A DNA stretch of 64,000 nucleotides, taken from Camelus dromedarius. Its lineage: Eukaryota. The stretch is from the NCBI RefSeq assembly GCF_036321535.1, contig NC_087436.1:120592001-120656000 (forward strand). Direction: 5' to 3'. The notes beneath the pieces were generated by a model. It saw only the letters and a program-made list of their open reading frames with translations. It was not told where the DNA came from and ran no database searches. Position numbers and translations under genes: made by a program. This document shows positions 56,451 to 64,000 of this stretch, piece by piece. Position 1 is the stretch's first letter, and each line of letters starts with the position of its first letter.

Positions 56451-58859
56451 CTTGGTGCCTCTCTGCTCCCCGTGGTTTTCACCTTTTCTGTGGTAAACGC
56501 TGGCTCTAGTTCACATCAAGAGGAATGACTGGTTAATTTAGCTCAGAGTTCACGTGGGAAAAGACAGACTGCTTCTGAGTCGGGGACCTGGAGCCGGGGA
56601 CCCGGAGCTGGAGGCCCGCTGGGGGACTGGGAGGCCCCCCTTCTGCGGGCTCCGTTGTCCCGCACGTGACTTCGGAGCCGGGCGGGAGGGCGGCTGGGAG
56701 CTGGACGTGGGCCAGCCTGTGCACTGCAAGGCTGGAGGCTCACGCTGGCTTCGGAACTCCTCAGAGGTGTTGGCGGCACAGGAGAAGAATTCAGGCTTGG
56801 GCGAGACAAGGTTCGAAGCCCAAGCTCTCCGGCGCCCTTCGAGGTAACCTGGAGAAGGGGCCTGAGTTCTCTGAATCTCAGCTTCTTCAGCCACCAAATT
56901 GGCATCATATCCACTCAAATGAAATCACTAAGGGTCTGGCACGTAGTAGGTCCTCAAAAACTGGCAACTGCTGGTTGCTATTAATGTGCTGGACCCCAAA
57001 GAACATTCTCACGCGTGGAGCTGAGGCTAAACTCATGCTGCGCGTTGACGCCGCTGCTTCTCCTGTATGCAAGTTTATAGCTGAGACCTAGTTGCCCGGC
57101 AAGGATTTATTTGTGGGATGTTTTAAAAAGTATCTTATCTCATGGCCCAAAACAGCTGAGATAGTTTCTAGAAACACTATCTTAAAGCAAGATAGAATTG
57201 ATAAGTGAAGGGATCTGGCAAAGGGAAGATGTGAACAGAAGAATAAGGTGAAGTCAGAGGTAAGGACAGCACACGAGACGCCAGCCAGAAGCCCCCCGGA
57301 TGTGTACAACGTGCATGGGGAGTTGGAGCCTGGACTTCAAACCAAAGATGGGGACAGGATTGTGGCAGAGTTTACAGCATCCACAGGATTTAAATGTCAG
57401 TTATTCAGACAAGACGTCGTCATATCAGGGCCTGAGAGAAACTGGCAAAAGACAAAGCGGGTGATAAGTACTGCATCTGGCAAGTGTTTATTGACCACCT
57501 ACTATGTGCCCGATGCTGGGGATACAGCTGCTTGCCCGTGGTCTGTGGATGGGAGGGGCTCCATGACCCACATGTTGCTCAGATCACATCCGCTGTTCTA
57601 ACCCCAACAACCACCCTACTCAGCAGTCTCATTTACAGGTGGCGTGTGACCTGCTCCCAGCACCACACAGGTGTGAGGACTGAGTGCTGCTCTGCCCTCC
57701 CCAGTCCTTCCGTCCAGGGCACGAGGTCCCAGCCCCATGACTCAGGGGAGAGGCTCCCAAGGTAGACTTCTTTTGCACTTCTGTCCTCTCTGGTCTGACT
57801 GCATCTGACTCTCAGAGTTCAGAGAAGTCTATCTGGGGCAGGCAGCTCGGGAGGGAGGGGTGGTGGCTCAGACCTGACCTGGGTTCAAACACTCAGCTCT
57901 GATCCAGCTCAGTTTAAAAATAGAATGTGAGAGACGGAGCAGACGGGCCTTGGAGCCTTCAGTCCACAGCCTCTAAGTGCAGAATCTCTCACACAAGCTG
58001 CCAGCATAGCTCGGACCAGAGCAGGCATCCCACGGATGCATGATGTGCAGCAGAAGGAAGGGACGGTACCGCTGGTTACGAGCTGTTCAGCTTGGCCGGC
58101 GAGGCTCCTGGTGAGTGACGCTGAGAACGCGGAGGCTGCCGTCCCCCCGGAATCAGGGATCAGGCGGTCTCCGGGCTGAGCCCACGTTGCCAGAATTAAT
58201 ACGTAAGATAAACAGACCCCGGAGGCCCTGATCAGGTTCTCCGGGCCCAGGTCAGAGGTCTGCTCTCTAGGTGTGAGAAAGGTTTAGGGAGGACTGAGGT
58301 CACATGAGTGCAGCCGGACAGGCTGACCACGGCTGCCTGCTGGCCTCTCCCTGCGGCCTGGCTCCCTGGCTGCGCGGGGAGGCAGAGCGGTTGGAGTGGA
58401 CTCATTACTCGGAAAGGCTGAGAAAGTTGTCTGCCGCTGCTCTCGGCTGCCCGAGCACATCAGTGTCAGTCCCCGCCCGGCCCGGCCCCCGGGGCCCCGC
58501 GGCTCTGTGGTCCTCGCCCCGCCGGCTCCAGCTCCAGCCTTTCCCTGGGGTGGGGGACGGCTGAGGCTGTGGGGCAGGAGGAGTCTGGGGACCCCATCCC
58601 CACGATGACAGGGAGCTCACTACTTTGCAGGGCATTTTGGGGAATGCTGATCCCCTGTGACAACCCTGGGCTGTAGCCATGCCCCCTTCGAGAAAGCCGT
58701 TTCCCATGTGGAGGCAGGGCCTCAGGCCTCGGCTGTGGTCTGGCGGGACTGGGCTGGGGGTGTCTAGCCGCTTTTATAGCCTTGGGGTCCTGCTTGCTTG
58801 CCCATGAACACAGGCGGGTGGGGGGAAGGGACACAGGCCCACTGGAATTCCCAGATCTC

Positions 58860-59160
58860 TCCTTTTAACCCTCAATTTGTATAAAAATGTCAATTAATCA
58901 GATTTCTCATCTTTCCATTTTAGCCTCAGGGAGAACTGACATAATCACAGCTGTTTATAACAATCTTCCCGGCGTCGCTGCTCAAATCATTCTTCAAACA
59001 CCTCGGAGATGGGAGTCGGCACCTGTCTTCGCGCTCGCCGAGAGACGTGGACTCAGAGCAGAAGTGGACAAAACCAAGGAAGCGTCTTAAATCATAAATT
59101 CATTCCGGTGGTTTCACAAGGAAACGTACACCCAGCTCTCGTGCTGAATAAAACCATGTG
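58860..59160. promoter_or_regulatory. Candidate conserved developmental enhancer
   Basis: TGTCA abutting ATTAATCA (58888-58900) and TTAAATCATAAA (59087-59098) in an AT-rich island. Confidence 0.5.
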
Positions 59161-62100
59161 AGCTAGAGGGTGCCTGGCCGTGGCCACTCCCCGTCACCTT
59201 GGGAGGGGACGACGCCATGTGCCCTCTGCCTGCCTCTACGCCCCCGAGTGTGTCCGCTGTCTGCCCACTCACTGAGCGCGCACTGCGGTTCCAGACGTCA
59301 GGCTGGTGGGCGAGGAAGCAGTGACCATTAAGCTGGGAGGACAGCGGTCACCAGGCAGGGCAGGGTGAAAGGTGCTGTGTGACAGATGTCTGTGTAGGGC
59401 ACAATCACTGCAAAAGAGGGGGTGGGCCTGTGGGCCGTGGGGCGGGGCGGGGTGTTCAAGGAGGGCTTCCCGGAGGAAGCGGCGCGGGGTGGGTCTTGCA
59501 GGCGCAATCAGGGCTCCCTGGGGGTGAGTGGAGACGGGCACTTTTGGAGAAGCTGATGATGTGTGAAATGAATGCAGGATGTGTCTGCCGGAGCCCAGGC
59601 GGGGACGGCGGGGCAGAGGAAGGGGCGGTGTCTCCCAGAGTGACGGCCCTGGCTCAGTAAGCCTGCGGGTCTGGGCCTTCCCTTCATTCCCCAGGCATTC
59701 GCTGTGGAGGAACAGACCTTGGGGAGTCCCCCAGAACAAAGAGGCCCCTTGGCCCAGTACATCTGGGGGGTTATCGTGGAGATTCCCAGAGGGCGTTATC
59801 ATGGGAAAGTTTCTGAGGAGCCCTGCATAGGGAAAGCATCTCACTCTAACCCGGTGGTGCCCCAACGTATTTGACCTCAGGAGCCCTTTTTGCACACCAC
59901 CTAGGGAGGCCCAGGAGTTCGACACTGGGTGGGTCACTGCCCACAACAGTGGGGTGCATGGACACACTGGTGACAGCCTCGGTGACACAGTTATGACGTG
60001 ATTCTCACTCACGATCACCGCACCTCCAACCCTCCCCGCACAGGAGGAGGCTGATGGCGTGAGCCTTAGGGTTTGAATGCTGCTGGTGGGCGCTCCCCAG
60101 CTAGGCCATCCCAGCCCTTGCTCCTCTGGCTGACTCTCAGGTTTGTGGAGAGAGGAAAGGAGGAGACAGACGGAGCCCGGAGCTGGGAGCTGGGCACTGG
60201 GGACTCGCTGAGACCTAAGCCTGGTGCTGTCAGGCTTGGAAGCGGGAGGAGAGGGGCCAGGCCTTGGGAGGGGGACGTTCCGAGGCCAGGAATCCTGACT
60301 TGCAGTTTCCCCCACCCTGATGCTCTGTCTGCCCTCCTGCTCAGCACACATCAAAGCCATCTGCCCACCGGGCCGTGAGCGGCCGAGCGCGGATGCCTCC
60401 TGACCGCTGACCAGAACGCTCCTCAGCCTCCAGCTTGCTCCAGTGCTGCCAAAATAGGAAGCAGACTTCCTCTGCACACCCAGATCCACAGGATTAAAAC
60501 CTGACAGGGCAACTCTCGGCGGAAGGAGACTTAAATGAAACCCAGTCTCCCCGAGAAGATGGAGGCACCTAATTCTTTCCAGGGCCCCCGGCAGGATGGA
60601 TGCTGGGCTGTGGGGAGCCCCATGGATGGGGCCGCTAAGCAGAGGGCGTGGACCCGAGGCTCCCCGTGGCCCAGGGGGCAGCAGACCCCGGAGCACCGGC
60701 TGCGCCTGGAGCCGTGCCGGAGACTCTGCCCCTGCCAGCAGCAGCGCAGCCTTTCCTGGGAGCCAGGCGCTCAGCGCCCCGGACCCCACTAACCTTTGGG
60801 CGACAGTATCAGCCCCATAGATGGGGACACCAAGTCGGGGAGGTGCACTCACCTTCGGCGGGTCGCAGGGCGGGGAAGAGGCAAGATCTGGGCTTTGACC
60901 CCACAGTGCTCTCCGCAGCCCTGGCATCGTGGAGTCGGGGAGTTGGGCCGACGGACCAGCCCTCCAGAAGCTTCCCACTGACTCAGTCTCTGCTCAGAGG
61001 CACACCTCACCCCCATCCTCCCTGAGCCTCAGCCTTCGGACCTCAAGCAAGGTTAGCCGAGCCCCTGCTCAGGCAGGCCTCGGCCAGGACGTGGGACAGA
61101 AGCCTTGGGGTGAGCAGCTGTGGTCTCCTCCATCTTAGGGGTCCCCAGGCCGCCTTGAGGAGCCACCAGGCAATGACTGAGAGCACGCCTTCTCCAGATG
61201 GACTGCCAGGTGCAGCTCTGGGTGCCGCCATGTCTGATGGCTACATGGTCGCTTAGCCCCTCTGTGCCTCAGCTTCTTCTCCTGTAAAGTGGACTGGGTG
61301 ATTGCAGGTACGCATCGGAAAAGGTGACGTGAGGATGAGTGATTCTAAGCGTGCCGTGCCCACAGAAGGGCCCCGGCTGTGGAGCCCTGTCGGCCGGTCC
61401 CCGTGTGTGCCCTGGTGTGTGGGTGATGTCTGACAACCGGGTCTCCAGAAGGGAAACAAACCAGCCCTGATTCGCAGTCTTTGCAGATTCTCACGGTGTA
61501 GATGCTCTCACCATGGTCATTTCAGTAATTTAACAAGTGGTCCCCAAACTTCTGGACTGGAAAAATGAGCCCCCTGGAGCTGCTGTGACCTGGGACAGTG
61601 CTAGCAGCCCCGCCTGGGCTCTCGCTCATCCTTGCTGCTGGAAAAAGAAAATCAGGGCGGGAGTCAGGTCCCTGGGTGGCCAGGGCAGAGGCTCTGAGTG
61701 GGCTCTGCCGCGGAGGGGCGGTCGGATCCCACCCCCTCACGTGGCTTCTTAGGTCTGCTACCCAATTCTCCCTGTCGATTGGATGGGTAGCACCTCCAGT
61801 GTCCCCTGGGCCATATTTTCTCTGGGGGCCTGGTCACTGTGGGTCTAAGGCCAGGACTGAGGCTGGCTCTCAGCTGGCCCTCTTACTAGCTCTGTGTGAC
61901 CTTAGGAAAGTGGCTTGACCTCTCTGTGCCTCCTCTTCTCACCAGTACTGAGAGTATTAATAAGGTGGTAGATGTAAGCCTGGAGCGGGTGCAGAACGGG
62001 CATCAGTGGACATTTGCTCCTCTTGTGATTCGAATGAATATCCTTCTCGTCACCTTGATTGTGAACAACACACAGTCACAGAGGCAGAGCCATCTTGGGG

Positions 62101-62604
62101 CGAGCGACAGAGGGAAGTGTTGATCTGACAGCAGCATGGTGGTGCGATGGGGCACCTCACTCTCAGCACCAGCTCTTGGGCTCTGGGAGAGCAGGAGACC
62201 CTTGCAGGATGGTGCCCCTTGTAGGATGATGCCCCTCTGAAGGACAGTCCCCCTTTTACAGGGCGAGACCCCTCTTGCAGTTTGGAGCCCTTGGGAGTGA
62301 GAGGGGAGAGTCCATTGCGTCTGGAATGTGACTTGGTAAAGGCCCTCGCCTTCATGCTTGTCTGGGGCCGAACGACCAGGTATGGCAAGGAATCCCCAGC
62401 CCTGACCAGCCTCCAGACGGGACAGAAGGTAAGATTCCCGGGGTGCTTGTGCCTTCTGGGGCCTCGGGCAAGCAAGACGCCCCAACCTGGAGAGGAGGAG
62501 GCCACTATGACTCTGCGGCGTGTGAGCCCCGGGCCTCAGGGAGCCCTGGCGACCAAGCCCTGCCCCCGGCCAGCCTTCTCTCCCCACCTTGCCCCTTAGC
62601 TGGT

Positions 62605-63045
62605 GTCAGGGTGAATGGTCACTGTCCTGCTGCCTGAAACCTGGCACCTTGTATGGAAAACGGGACTTTGAGATGTAGCTGAGGACCTTGAGATTTGGAG
62701 ATGATTCTAGATTGTCCAGGTGACCCTAAGTGTAACCACAAGGGTCCTTATAAGGGGGAGGCAGAGGGAGACTTGCCTGCACATGGGGGACATCTGACGA
62801 TGGAAACAGAGGTCGGAGGGGTGCAGCCAGGAGCCAAGGAGTGCCAGCCGCCTCTAGACGCTGGAAGAGACGAGGAACGTTCCTTCCCCAGAGCCTCTGG
62901 GGGAATCTGCTCTGCTGACGCTTTGGATTTAGGCCTGTAAGACCCATTTCAGACATCTAACCTCCAGAACTGCAGTAAGCAGTCTGTGTTGTTTTAAGCC
63001 AATAAGTTTGTGGTAGTTTGTTACAGCAGCCAGAGGGAATTAACA
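62605..63045 (+). mobile_element. MaLR (MLT1-like) solo LTR
   Basis: gaggaccttgagat..gagatgattctagattgtccaggtg ... cctccagaactg ... tgttttaagccaataagtttgtggtagtttgttacagcagc. Confidence 0.88.
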
Positions 63046-64000
63046 CAAAACACAACGTATTTTTCCGCCATTCCTCATGTGGTTTCTTGTTCCTAGGGCA
63101 GGCTTCCTCTGATGAACTCTTACACATCTCCCAAAGCCCCACTCAAATATCACCTCCTCGGCCAGGCTTTCTGTGTGGGACTGCGGCTGTTTCCTCGACG
63201 AGCACACCTCGTGCGGATCGTGTTTCGTGGTGCTGTGGCCGGCTTTGTAAACGAGTGGCGGCCTCTGCATGCACATCCACGCCCAGGAGAAGAAGGGCGA
63301 GAAAGCTGGTACTCGCGTCTTCCAGCCTCCCTGGAACAGGCCTGCTGCTCAGTGAACGGTGTGAGTGTTGAACGGACCCAGGCTGAAGTGATGGATCAAA
63401 AGCACACGCCCCTCCAAGCGGAGGCTCCCTGAGCGGGCCTGCTCTTGGTAATAAACGTTTACAAGGGACAGATTTATGGGGACTTGGGGAAGATTTATCA
63501 ATGAGCCGATGGTCGGCGCAGACCAGAGTCCTCCATGGAGCACCGTGCGGGAAATGCAGCGGCGCTCTGCGGGGTCAGGGGAAGGTCTGACGGGGGCAGT
63601 TTGGGGGACAGGACCAGAGGGAGGTGGCAGGTGGGAGGGCCAGCGGGCAGAGGCTGATGCAGACCCACAGGGCGCAGGGCTCCTGGCCCTTTGCTGGCGT
63701 GATGCAGACCCAGACCTGGTTCCAAGCTCTACACAGGGTGGGTCTGGAGGGTTCCCGGGATCCTGTGGGCTTTGCCGAGGGTGCTTCTAATGTGACAAGT
63801 CCCACCTGCAGAGGCTGGGATGGCCGCCCCAGATGTCCACGTGGGGCAGGGCGGGTTCTGCTGCCCGGGGTGTCCGTGGGGGGAGGGTGGGCTCTATATG
63901 TGCTGCCCTGACATGATTCTGCCCCGATCCAGGCTTCAAAGTGGAGATGCTTCAGAGTCAGAGACAAATGCCTCCTCAGCCCCGCACGGCACCCACTCTG

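Noticed and set aside
53460..59160. Identification with the known HMX1 ear (dumbo/crop-ear) enhancer
   Set aside because: I cannot match its sequence from memory, and as I recall it lies farther from CPZ than this window extends.

Overview
GC-rich mammalian genomic DNA, probably from a camelid (inferred from two tRNA-Ala-derived SINEs of vic-1-like structure). It is not prokaryotic, and nearly all ORF-track entries are chance GC-rich frames. There is one intact gene, carboxypeptidase Z (CPZ, + strand): 11 coding exons from 25513 to 46136, all introns GT-AG, 1962 nt CDS = 653 aa (signal peptide, Frizzled CRD, M14B Zn-carboxypeptidase, transthyretin-like tail). Upstream lies a decayed, intron-containing GPR78 pseudogene (17467-~20345) with a lost start codon, at least 4 frameshifts and a truncated exon 3. 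It still has its CpG island and an RE1/NRSE element with both half-sites matching consensus. This matches the human GPR78-CPZ-(HMX1) gene order. The rest is repeats (nested L1s, SINEs, MaLR LTRs, MIR/L2, a hAT MITE) plus short AT-rich blocks dense in homeodomain motifs that look like developmental enhancers. The most unusual observation is an in-frame duplication of the 3' end of CPZ exon 8, with its own splice donor 165 nt downstream across a G-run tract. I see no convincing new multi-gene system. Homology calls rest on recalled human sequences, and repeat boundaries are approximate.
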